Positions 27,532-43,140 of a stretch of DNA of 64,000 nt are shown here, one piece after another. Position 1 is the stretch's first letter, and every line of letters begins with the position of its first letter. The DNA is taken from positions 71,672,001-71,736,000 of the forward strand of contig OZ024741.1 of the NCBI GenBank assembly GCA_964016885.1, given 5' to 3'. The position numbers were made by a program, and so were the translations under genes. Source of the DNA: Eledone cirrhosa. Lineage: Eukaryota. The notes beneath the pieces are model-generated. The model worked only from the letters and a program-made list of their open reading frames with translations, was not told the DNA's origin and made no database searches.

Positions 27532-28010
27532 ACAAGGGCATCTGTAGTACTTTTCCCAGGCATAAAAAAAAACTGCATCTCATCTATTTTGATTCTTTCC
27601 CTAATTAGATGCCCTATAACTCTTTCTGTCACTTTCATAACTTGGTCCATTAGTTTTATTCCTCTATAGTTGTTCCTTTCTAGAGCATCATCTTTGTCCT
27701 TGTAGCAATTTATAATTGTACTGCTGTGCCAGTCATTGAGTATGACTGTCATGTATTACTTGATTTACTGCATGAGTTGGGGGGTGTATTTTTGTTAGAG
27801 GTGCCTACTGACTGTAGGTTTCGCTTTGTACTTAGGCAAGGCGGGTCTTCTGTATTACTGTGTAGCGCCAAAAATCTCGGTCCAGTGACATTGTCTTGGA
27901 GAGGTGTGTGTGTGGTCAGAATTTATCAAGTCGTTCCAGATTTTTCTGGGTCTGCCTACTCCGTGGCTACTGTCTACTTTTATCGCCCTGCACTTTTTTA
28001 TACAGCTGTC
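27532..28010 (-). pseudogene. Rearranged RTE fragments (RT middle part 27532-27750; C-terminus and start of 3' UTR 27780-28010)
   Basis: DWHSSTIINCYK...NYRGIKLMDQVMKV...MQFFFMPGKSTTDA and DSCIKKCRAIKVDSSHGVGRPRKIW; a short plus-strand RTE tail GGACGTAAA(ATG)n lies at 27489-27521. Confidence 0.85.
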
Positions 28011-28029
28011 ATACATATATATACATATA

Positions 28030-28090
28030 AGGGCGGTGCCCCAGCATGGCCTCAGCCGGATGGCTGAAACAGGTAAAAGGGTAAAAGAGT
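28030..28090 (+). mobile_element. Short isolated SINE/LINE-like 3' end between TA runs
   Basis: GGCGGTGCCCCAGCATGGCC-TCAGCC GGAT GGCTGA-AACAGGTAAAAG: a stem-loop followed by (GTAAAAG)-like tail repeats. Confidence 0.5.
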
Positions 28091-28186
28091 ATATATATAT
28101 ATATATATATGTATACATGCATATATATATATATACGTGGGAAAGTAAAAAATCGGAGAATAGACCGTTAAAACATGTTTATTTAA

Positions 28187-28234
28187 AATATCACCTACGT
28201 ACGTTTCGCCCAGTTGGGCTTCTCAAGGGCATAA
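28187..28234 (-). ncRNA. Minimal type-I hammerhead ribozyme (U3-A8 variant)
   Basis: Minus strand UAUGCCC-UUGAGAA-GCCC(AACU)GGGC-GAA-AC(GUAC)GU-A|GGUGAUA: core order intact, 4-bp stem II, palindromic stem/loop III, imperfect stem I. Confidence 0.78.
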
Positions 28235-28527
28235 ATAATCACAAGTGTTCCTTATATAGTTCGGAAAGAGTTTTGGGGGTTAAATCTACATCAAGATTCA
28301 TTGCTTGCAAAAATATCTTGTTTTGATTTTGCAGCAGGTCAAGGGAGGTAACTCTGGCCGGTGTTAGGGCAGTCTTTCCCGGATAATTTTTTTTTTTTTT
28401 TTTTTTTTGCCGCATCCATTTGTCTGAGGCTGGGTCTGGTATGCAAGGATTGTTTTCTGGGTGTTATTTTGCTGCGCCTGCCCGCCGGGGTGTTAAGACT
28501 TGTTGCAGAGAGATCCAGTGTACTATT

Positions 28528-29490
28528 TCACTCTTCATTCTTAACCCATCTAAAGAAGGATATTTTTAAGCGATGTGTACAACTTATCGCTGTTTCAGCT
28601 CTGCTGTTGATGAGCTCGTGGGGTGCAGTTATGATGTGGTAGAGCTCCATGAGGCAAAGATCGCATTTCCTCTTGAAGTTGTACGGTGCAGCCCTGCCGA
28701 CAATCTCCCAGTGCGTGGAGAAGCTGATGTTTAAGTCCTTTAGTGATGTGATGTAGTCCGCGAGCGAAGTGGAGTGCCTTAGTTTTCTATTTGTGAAAGA
28801 GTGGAGATGTGTTCGAAACCTAATTTTGAACGGGCCGGAGGTGGCCCCTATATAATGTTTAACGCTATTGTGGCTAGTAATAGTGCATCTATATATAACC
28901 CTATCAGTCAAGCAGTATCCTCTAAGGGGGCAGCGTCCTCTGTCGCGGCAGTTGCAATTTCTGTCGCGGTTCCGTCTATTTCCCACGGTAAGGCTATCAT
29001 TGTTGCTGCCTACGTTGTTACCTACGCTACCGCAGCTGTCGTTAGCACAATTACAACCCACAGCACGCGGGATGGTGCGATTGTTATTCCGCACGTCATG
29101 TTCTGCATGTTCCCCAGTCACTTCGCGGTCATTCTGGTTGCGTCTGCGGATGCCGTTGCCAACACTATTGGATGCTGTCAGGGAGTTGTTAAGGCCGATA
29201 TAGTTATTGTCAGGTGTAGGTGCGTCTGTGTCGAGGTGCTGTGTCTTGGTGATCTTACTGTGGTTTGTTGTTCCTATGATGTCTGCTAGGTTAGGAGTAG
29301 TAGAGAAGGATATTTTTATATTGTTCCTATTAAGAATTTTTCTATACCTATCGTTGGGTGGGAAGTTCTTCTCTAAGGCTTCGAAGAATATCCGGGGTAT
29401 GTTGGAGGCCACACTTCGAGATTAGGGGGAGTGGAACCATAGGACGTTACGGTGGCGATTACGTGTCCTTGTACTTTTGCTACGGGTGGT
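28528..29490 (-). pseudogene. PLE linker + GIY-YIG endonuclease (C-terminal part of the PLE ORF)
   Basis: WFHSP*, NFPP..KILNRNNIKISFSTTPNL, CNCRDRGRCPLRGYCL, VIY...HYIG.T...FKIR, CDLCLMEL, LINSR; in-frame stop near 29423. Confidence 0.88.
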
Positions 29491-29669
29491 TACGATTTTT
29501 TACTTTCCCACGTGCTTACGCTCTGCTAACTCTCTAGCCCACTAAATATTAACACTTTGAATATTTAATACTGCCGGCACTAGTATCGCGCACCTTTGGC
29601 ATACGCTACTTGGCAAATAACTATATGTATCACCTATCCCTCCTTTTTCTCTCTTTCTCGATACGTAAA

Positions 29670-29672
<3 letters not shown>

Positions 29673-29729
<57 letters not shown>

Positions 29730-29900
29730 ATATATATATGTATGTATATATATATATATATGTATGTATATATATATATGTATGTATATATATATATATA
29801 TGTATGTATATATATATATATATGTATGTATATATATATATATATGTATGTATATATATATATATATGTATGTATATATATATATATATGTATGTATATA

Positions 29901-29933
<33 letters not shown>

Positions 29934-30096
29934 ATATGTGTATGTATGTATGTATATATGTGTATGTATGTATGTATATATGTGTATGTATATGTATATA
30001 TGTATATATGTATATGTATATATGTATATGTATATATGTATATGTATATATGTATATGTATATATGTATATATATATATATGTATATGTATATATG

Positions 30097-30189
<93 letters not shown>

Positions 30190-30210
30190 GTATATATATG
30201 TATATATATG

Positions 30211-30243
<33 letters not shown>

Positions 30244-31878
30244 GTATATATATGTATATATATATGTATATATATATGTATATATATATGTATATATATA
30301 TGTATATATATATGTATATATATATGTATATATATATATGTATATATATGTATATATATATATATGTATATATATGTATATATATATATATGTATATATA
30401 TGTATATATATGTATATATATGTATATATATATATATGTATATACGTATATATATATATATATATGTATATATATGTATATATATATATATATATGTATA
30501 TATATGTATATATATATGTATATATATGTATATATATGTATATATATGTATATATATGTATATATATGTATGTATATATATGTATATATATGTATATATA
30601 TGTATGTATATATATGTATATATATGTATGTATATATATGTATATATATGTATATATATGTATGTATATATATGTATATATATGTATGTATATGTATGTA
30701 TATATATGTATATATATGTATATATATGTATGTATATGTATGTATATATATGTATATATATGTATATATATGTATATATATATATGTATGTATATATATG
30801 TATATATATATGTATATATATATATGTATGTATATATATGTATATATATATGTATATATATATATGTATATATATGTATGTATATATATATGTATGTATA
30901 TATATATGTATATATATGTATATATATATATGTATGTATATATATGTATATATATGTATGTATATATATATATATGTATATATATGTATATATATATATA
31001 TGTATATATATGTATATATATGTATATATATATATATGTATATATATGTATATATATATATGTATATATATGTATATATATGTATATATATGTATATATA
31101 TATATGTATATATATGTATATATATATATGTATATATATATATGTATATATATGTATATATATATATGTATATATATGTATATATATATATGTATATATA
31201 TATGTATATATATGTATATATATGTATATATGTATATATATGTATATATATATATGTATGTATATATATGTATATATATGTATATATATGTGTATGTATG
31301 TGTATGTATATATATGTATATATATGTATATATATATGTATATATATATGTATTTATATATGTGTATATATATGTGTATATATATGTATTTATATATGTA
31401 TATATATATGTATATATATATGTATATATATGTATATATATATGTATTTATATATGTATATATATATGTATATATATGTATATATATGTATATATATGTA
31501 TATATATGTGTATGTATATATATGTATATATATGTATATATATGTATGTATATATATGTATATATATGTATATATATGTATGTATATATATGTATATATA
31601 TGTATATATATATGTATATATATATGTGTATATATATGTGTATATATATGTGTATATATATGTATTTATATATGTATATATATATGTATATATATGTATA
31701 TATATATGTATATATATATGTATATATATGTATATATATATGTATATATATATGTATATATATATATATGTATATATATATGTATATATATATGTATATA
31801 TATATGTATATATATATGTATATATATATGTATATATATATGTATATATATATGTATATATATATGTATATATATATG

Positions 31879-31918
<40 letters not shown>

Positions 31919-32364
31919 TATGTATATATATATGTATATATATATATGTATATATATATATGTATATATATATATGTATATATATATATGTATATATATA
32001 TGTGTATATATATATGTGTATATATATATGTGTATATATATATGTGTATATATATATGTGTATATATATATGTGTATATATATATGTGTATATATATATA
32101 TGTATATATATATGTGTATATATATATGTGTATATATATATGTATATATATATGTATATATATATATATGTATATATATATATGTATATATATATATGTA
32201 TATATATATATGTATATATATATATGTATATATATATATGTATATATATATATGTATATATATATATGTATATATATATATGTATATATATATATGTATA
32301 TGTATATATGTATATGTATATATGTATATGTATATATGTATATATGTATATATATGTATATATG

Positions 32365-32395
<31 letters not shown>

Positions 32396-32443
32396 GTATA
32401 TATGTATATGTATATATGTATATGTATATATGTATATATATAT
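29673..32443. repeat. Irregular (TA)n microsatellite with TG interruptions (~2.8 kb)
   Basis: (TA)nTG units of variable n. Confidence 0.99.
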
Positions 32444-35400
32444 AAACCTTATCTTAAACCTTACATTCTCGCTAACAACCCATCATCCCTCCCACCCACC
32501 CCCACGCACCACCATTATTACGTGGACCAATCATAAGTCAGAGGCCCATACTATCGCTTAACTGTTGCTTTTCGATATGATGGATGGACTACGGAATTCT
32601 GGAGAGTTGAAGAGAGAAAAATGTGGACGCTCAGCGACAATGCCAAAGATAATGACAAATTCACCTCGTGGACGAGAATGCAGGCACTCCTCCTTGTTTC
32701 GGCCCAGGATGGCTAACATAACCCCATCCCTCCCCGCGCCCCACCGCTCCCACCCTCCAAACGCAATCCAAAACTTCAGAGTTGGTACCATGAATGTAGG
32801 CACCTTAAAGGGTCGCTCTAACGAGGTTGTAGAAATGCTTGAACGTAAGGAGGTCGATGTTTGTTGTATTCAAGAGACCAGGTGGAGGGGAGGGTCTGCT
32901 AGATTCATCGTGGGTAAAGAACGATGCTATGAGCTTTTCTGGGTGGGAAATGACAATGGGTTGGGTGGGGTAGGAATCATGGTAGCAGAAAAGTGGGCAG
33001 ATAAGATAATAGACGTAAATAGAGTGAACGACAGAATAATTAAAATAAGACTTGTCCTCAATAAAACTACGGTGACAGTAATATCTGCGTACGCACCCCA
33101 ATCCGGACTGCCCGGCGCTATAAAAGACAGATTCTACGAGACACTGATGCTCGCTACCTCCCAAATAACCGACAGTGACTATATAATTATTGCAGGCGAC
33201 CTAAATGGTCACGTTGGACAACATTGTGACGGCTATGACGGAATCCATGGAGGCTATGGGTTCGGTACTAGAAATGAGGAAGGCTCCAGAATCCTGGAAT
33301 TCTGCGACGCAAATAACTTAACTATCTGTAACACTAACTTCAAAAAACGAGACAATCACTTGATCACCTATAGATCGGGGGAACACACAAGCCAGGTAGA
33401 TTATATCCTTACCAGAAGATGTGACAGAGTGTCTGTTGTTAACACTAAATCCCTCCCCCATGAAGAATTCACCTCCCAACATAGACTGATAATTAGCGAC
33501 CTCATAGTCAGGACGAGACGTACTAGACAGCGGAAGAGGACTATCCTCAGGAGAAAAATATGGAAGCTAAAGGGCTCCATAGCCAGAAATAAATTTCAAA
33601 GCATATTACTTGACGCTTTCGACAGTAAGGAAGAGCAATTAGAGTCGTATAATGTAGAGGAACAGTGGGAATTCCTGAGAGCAAACCTACTGACGGCGGC
33701 AGACGAAGTCTGTGGCTGGAGTAGGCCTGTAGGTGGGAGGAGAGTAACATGGTGGTGGAACAGTAAGGTGGAGGAGTCAATTAAGGCCAAAAAGCAGGCT
33801 TGGAAAGTATGGCGGGATGGGGGAAGTAGCGAAGACTATCAAGTGGCCAGGAGGGAAGCTAGGAGACAAGTGTACTTCGCAAGAAGGGAAGTAGAGGAAA
33901 GAAAGTTCAAGCATGTTCTACAACGTGAGGACCAAAAACGTGAGGTGTTCAGGATTGCCAGGCAATGTGTCAAGGAAAACCGTGATATTGTCGGGGAGAA
34001 GTGTGTACTTAACGATGATGGCATACTTGCCATCACCGACGCTGATAAGAAGGTAGCTTGGAAGTGTCACTACGAAAGGCTTCTAAATGAGGAGAATAAA
34101 TGGGAGAAAGACAGTCTCCCCCACATCGACCCAATAGAGGGACCAGCAGTGTTAGTCCAGGGTAGTACAATAAGCAAGGCAATCAAAGATATGAAGACGG
34201 GTAAGGCAGCTGGCCCTTCGGAATTAGTTGCTGAGATGCTGAAGGCATCTGGTTCGGTGGGACACACCATGGTCACCCGGATAGTTAACCAAGTCGTACA
34301 GAATGGGGTTGTTCCGAAGGACTGGCGTAGCAGCATCATCGTTAACTGTTATAAGGGAAAAGGAGATGCCCTAGATAGGAGTAACTATAGAGGCATTAAA
34401 TTAATCGACCAGGTCATGAAGGTCACGGAAAAAGTAATAGCGCAACTAATCAGAGAGAGAATTGATCTAGATGAAATGCAGTTCGGGTTAGGCAAAAGTA
34501 CCACAGACGCTCTTTTCATTGTACGACAACTACAGGAGAAGTACCTAGCTAAAAGTAAACCCCTCTACTTAGCTTTTGTCGACTTGGAGAAAGCCTTCGA
34601 CAGAGTCCCCCGTTCCATTATCTGGTGGTCTCTTAGAAAACTAGGTGTTGACGAATGGCTTGTGAGGGCTATACAAGCCATGTATAAAGAAACAGTCAGT
34701 AAGGTTAGAATTAACAACGAATATAGTGAAGAGTTTAGCGTAAAAGTTGGTGTCCATCAGGGCTCTGTTCTTAGCCCCCTACTATTTATTATTGCCCTTC
34801 AGGCTATAACAGAGGAGTTCAAGACCGGCTGCCCATGGGAACTCCTATACGCAGATGATCTAACGCTCATAGCTGAATCAATGACCGAACTAGAGAAGAA
34901 ATTCCAAACATAGAAGCACGGCTTAGAATCAAAAGGCCTTAAAATTAACCTGGCTAAGACTAAAGTTCTAGTTTGTAGGAAAGAAAATAAGGTGGCGGTC
35001 CTTCTGGGAAATGGCCATGCTCAGTGTGTAGGAAAGGCGTAGGTAGAAACTCCATTTTATGTCCCAAATGCAAAGTATGGGTGCATAAAAGATGTAGTGG
35101 GATCACAGGTAAGCTAACTAAGAACGTAGATTTTACATGTGGCCGGTGCTCAGGTGCAATAGGTACCAGCAAGTGCCGACAAAATACTAGCTCCTTCAAC
35201 TGCGCAGAGGGTACTATAGAAATAGTGGACAGCTTCCGTTACCTGGGTGACAAAATCAGCAGTGGGGGAGGGTGCGCTGAAAGTACAGTAGCTAGAGTCA
35301 GAACTGGATGGAAAAAGTTCAGAGAGCTTATACCACTATTAGCCGCTAGAGGGTTCTCCCTAAAAATGAAAGGCAGGTTATACGATGCCTGCATACGAAC

Positions 35401-35846
35401 ATCAATGCTGCATGGCAGTGAGACCTGGGCATCGTGTGCAGAGGATATACGCAGACTAGAGAGGAACGAAGCTTGCATGCTCCGCTGGATGTGCAATAGT
35501 AATATACGTGAACGGCAAAGCATAAACGAACTAAGGAAAAAATTATAGATAAGAGGGATCAGATGTTGTTTACTCGAGAGAAGGCTACGTTGGTACGGTA
35601 ACGTGATGCGCATGAAAGACGACAGCTGTATAACAAAGTGCAGGGCAATAAAGATAGACGGTAGCCACGGAGTAGGCAGACCCAGAAAAACCTGGGACAA
35701 CATGATAAATTCCGACCTCACATGCTTACACCTCTCCAAGACAATGTCACTGGACCGAGACCTTTGGCGGTACTCAGTAATAGAGAAGACCCGCATTACC
35801 TAAATACAAAGTAAAAACCTACTACAGTCAGTAGGCATCTCTATCA
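32444..35846 (+). mobile_element. Near full-length RTE LINE (subfamily A), 3' UTR truncated
   Basis: Short 5' UTR, APE endonuclease + RT ORF, C-terminal GRPRKTW; ends about 40 bp into the 3' UTR at a TA array. Confidence 0.95.
32565..35803 (+). pseudogene. RTE ORF: APE endonuclease, reverse transcriptase, PHD-like Cys-rich domain; disrupted
   Basis: TMNV..L, CIQET, SAYAPQ, AGDLNGH, QVDYIL, SQHRLI; [25 protein letters not shown]; C..C/C..C..WVH..C. TGG>TAG at 34911, frameshift near 34995, TAG at 35546, 9-bp deletion near 34488. Confidence 0.95.
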
Positions 35847-35847
35847 A

Positions 35848-38442
<2,595 letters not shown>

Positions 38443-38642
38443 NNNNNNNNNNNNNNNNNNNNNNNNNNNNNNNNNNNNNNNNNNNNNNNNNNNNNNNNNN
38501 NNNNNNNNNNNNNNNNNNNNNNNNNNNNNNNNNNNNNNNNNNNNNNNNNNNNNNNNNNNNNNNNNNNNNNNNNNNNNNNNNNNNNNNNNNNNNNNNNNNN
38601 NNNNNNNNNNNNNNNNNNNNNNNNNNNNNNNNNNNNNNNNNN
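38443..38642. other. Assembly gap (200 N)
   Basis: N run. Confidence 1.
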
Positions 38643-39568
38643 TGGGCAGCCAGTCTTGAACTCCTCTGTTATAGCCTGAAGGGCAATAATAAATAGTAGG
38701 GGGCTGAGAACAGAGCCCTGATAGACGCCAACTTTTACGCTAAACTCTTCACTATATTCGTTGTTAATTCTAACCTTGCTGACTGTTTCTTTATACATGC
38801 TTGTATAGCCCTCACAAGCCATTCGTCAACGCCTAGTTTTCTAAGAGCCCACCAGATAATGGAGCGGGGGACTCTGTCGAAGGCTTTCTCCAGGTCGACA
38901 AAAGCTAAGTAGAGGGGTTTACCTTTAGCTAGGTACTTCTCCTGTAGTTGTCGTACTATGAAAAGAGCGTCTGTGGTGCTTTTGCCTGACACAAACCCGA
39001 ACTGCATTTCATCTAGATCAATTCTCTCTCTGATTAGTTGCGCTATTACTTTTTCCGTGACCTTCATGACCTGGTCGATTAATTTAATGCCTCTATAGTT
39101 ACTCCTATCTAGGGCGTCTCCTTTACCCTTATAACAGTTAACGATGATGCTGCTATGCCAGTCCTTCGGAACAACCCCATTCTGTACGACTTGGTTAACT
39201 ATGCGGGTGACCATGGTGTGTCCCACCGTGCCAGATGCCTTCAGCATCTCAGCAACTATTTCCGAAGGCCCAGCCGCCTTACCCGTCTTCATATCCTTGA
39301 TTGCCTTACTTATTATACTCCCCTCGACTAACACTGCTGGTCCCTCTATCGGGTCGATATGGGGGAGACTGTCTTTCTCCCATTTATTCTCCTCATTTAG
39401 TAGCCTTTCATAGTGACACTTCCAAGCTACCTTCTTATCAGTGTCGGTGATGGCAAGTATGCCATCATCGTTAAGTACACACTTCTCCCCGACAATATCA
39501 CGGTTTTCCTCTATCGGGTCGATATGGGGGAGACTGTCTTTCTCCCATTTATTCTCCTCATTTAGTAG
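38643..39568 (-). pseudogene. RTE subfamily A RT fragment (cut by the gap)
   Basis: ORF 38735-39595 matches the RT region of 32565-34913. Confidence 0.95.
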
Positions 39569-41182
<1,614 letters not shown>

Positions 41183-41792
41183 TAGAAAGATCGAGTATCG
41201 AAAAATCGGCGCACGAGTTCACGATAAACGAAATTCGACATGAGCGGCAGAGGGCTCAATAATTCAAATGAATCAGAGCTATAACTATCGTTAAAATACC
41301 GTCACATATAGAACAAGTCTACAATCAACCATACGATTTAAAATCGATAGAGGAAGATTCGGGACAAACAGATAAAAAATATCAATAAAACAATACGTCA
41401 ATAATTTAAATGAATGTAAAATCATACCCGGACCCACTAGACAGGTGTTAAATCTAGCTTCATGGGTTTCTGTAAATCCTTAGACTGTACTCTATCAGCT
41501 CACATATAAATATAAAAGCCTACTAGAGTAAGCGGAACGGAGTTTTACTTCTCAACGAGTTTTTTCCTGGCGGCAGAGGAGCCAACTACCAGTGAAAAAC
41601 GCACATGGCATTAGACAAGGGAGATGACCCCTATATCCGCGAAAACAATTCGAGTGAATGTGGAAATACACATATCGAATTAGAGTGCTCAATAGACATG
41701 TTAAAATAAAACAAAAGCTATTCATCACTCAATAGAATCGACAAAAAATGAGCAATAAAATTAACTGGTGGATAGCTATGTCCAGAGCTAAT
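41183..41792. mobile_element. Unclassified ~610-bp non-coding element between TA arrays (copy 1)
   Basis: Near-identical copy at 46789-47398; CpG-rich relative to the flanks; no meaningful ORF. Confidence 0.5.
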
Positions 41793-41808
41793 ATACATAT
41801 ATATATAT

Positions 41809-41856
41809 CATCATCATCATCATCATCACCGTTTTACGTCCGTTCTTCCGGTGATG
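41809..41856 (-). mobile_element. 48-bp RTE subfamily B extreme 3' end
   Basis: (CAT)nCACCGTTTTACGTCCGTTCTTCC is identical to 42281-42319, followed by CGGTGATG (inverted copy of CATCACCG). Confidence 0.8.
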
Positions 41857-41875
41857 TATACATATATATATATTT

Positions 41876-41940
<65 letters not shown>

Positions 41941-41943
<3 letters not shown>

Positions 41944-42172
41944 GTATTTAAGAAAGCCACAACAATGCAAAGGGAAATCTCGAGGTAGGAAGTGAAATAT
42001 AGATAGGAAAAACAGGTTTTGTTTTCATCTTTGTCTCTCTCAATTTTCACTTTCACCTGTTTTTCCTATCTATATTTCACTTCCTACCTCGAGATTTCCC
42101 TTTGCAATGTTGTGGCTTTCTTAAATACGTATTTTTACACATTTCACAATGCTTCAAGCAAACTTTAACACC

Positions 42173-42176
<4 letters not shown>
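41941..42176 (+). mobile_element. Fold-back element A (77-bp arms, 37-nt loop, 45-nt unpaired tail), copy 1
   Basis: 41941-42017 is the reverse complement of 42055-42131 (1 mismatch); TA arrays on both sides. Confidence 0.8.
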
Positions 42177-42213
<37 letters not shown>

Positions 42214-42280
42214 TTATATATATATATATATATATATATTTATACATATATATATATATTTATACATATATATATATATA

Positions 42281-42596
42281 TCATCATCATCATCATCACC
42301 GTTTTACGTCCGTTCTTCCACGCTAGCATGGGTTAGACGGGTTGTCCTGTTGTGGGCAGTGTCTGGTCGGCTGACCATGCCTTGCTCATACAGGAACTGA
42401 TCTGGCTTGATTTCTACAGCTGGATGCCCTTCCTAACACCAACCTCATTTACAGTGAGTGCTGGGTGCTTTTTCGTGGCGCCTACACGTCCACTTTACAG
42501 TGTGGGCTGGGTGCTTTTTTGCCGTGGCACCTCCACGATCACCTTGCGGTGGGGGGGGGGGGGCATATTGTTTATATGCTTCAGCATGTACCCATG
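42281..42596 (-). mobile_element. RTE subfamily B 3' UTR with (ATG)n tail
   Basis: Near-identical reverse complement of 54969-55284. Confidence 0.92.

Positions 42597-43140
<544 letters not shown>

Larger units (their letters stand above)
28135..29672 (-). mobile_element. 5'-truncated Penelope-like element with inverted 3' tail (probably Hydra clade)
   Basis: GIY-YIG ORF; downstream pseudo-LTR with TATATAAG, hammerhead and AATAAA; 21-bp inverted match 28135-28155/29493-29513; both ends abut (TA)n. Confidence 0.88.

Noticed and set aside
19069-27608. Short ORFs as host exons
   Set aside because: No recognisable domains; most overlap SINE/LINE/Helitron remnants.
28801-29289. Antisense and alternative-frame ORFs over PLE, RTE and CR1 coding regions
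   Set aside because: Shadow frames of the real element ORFs.
32665-32725. HDV-like ribozyme in the RTE 5' region
   Set aside because: Partial pairings exist, but I could not build a consistent P1/P2/P3/P1.1 double pseudoknot by eye.
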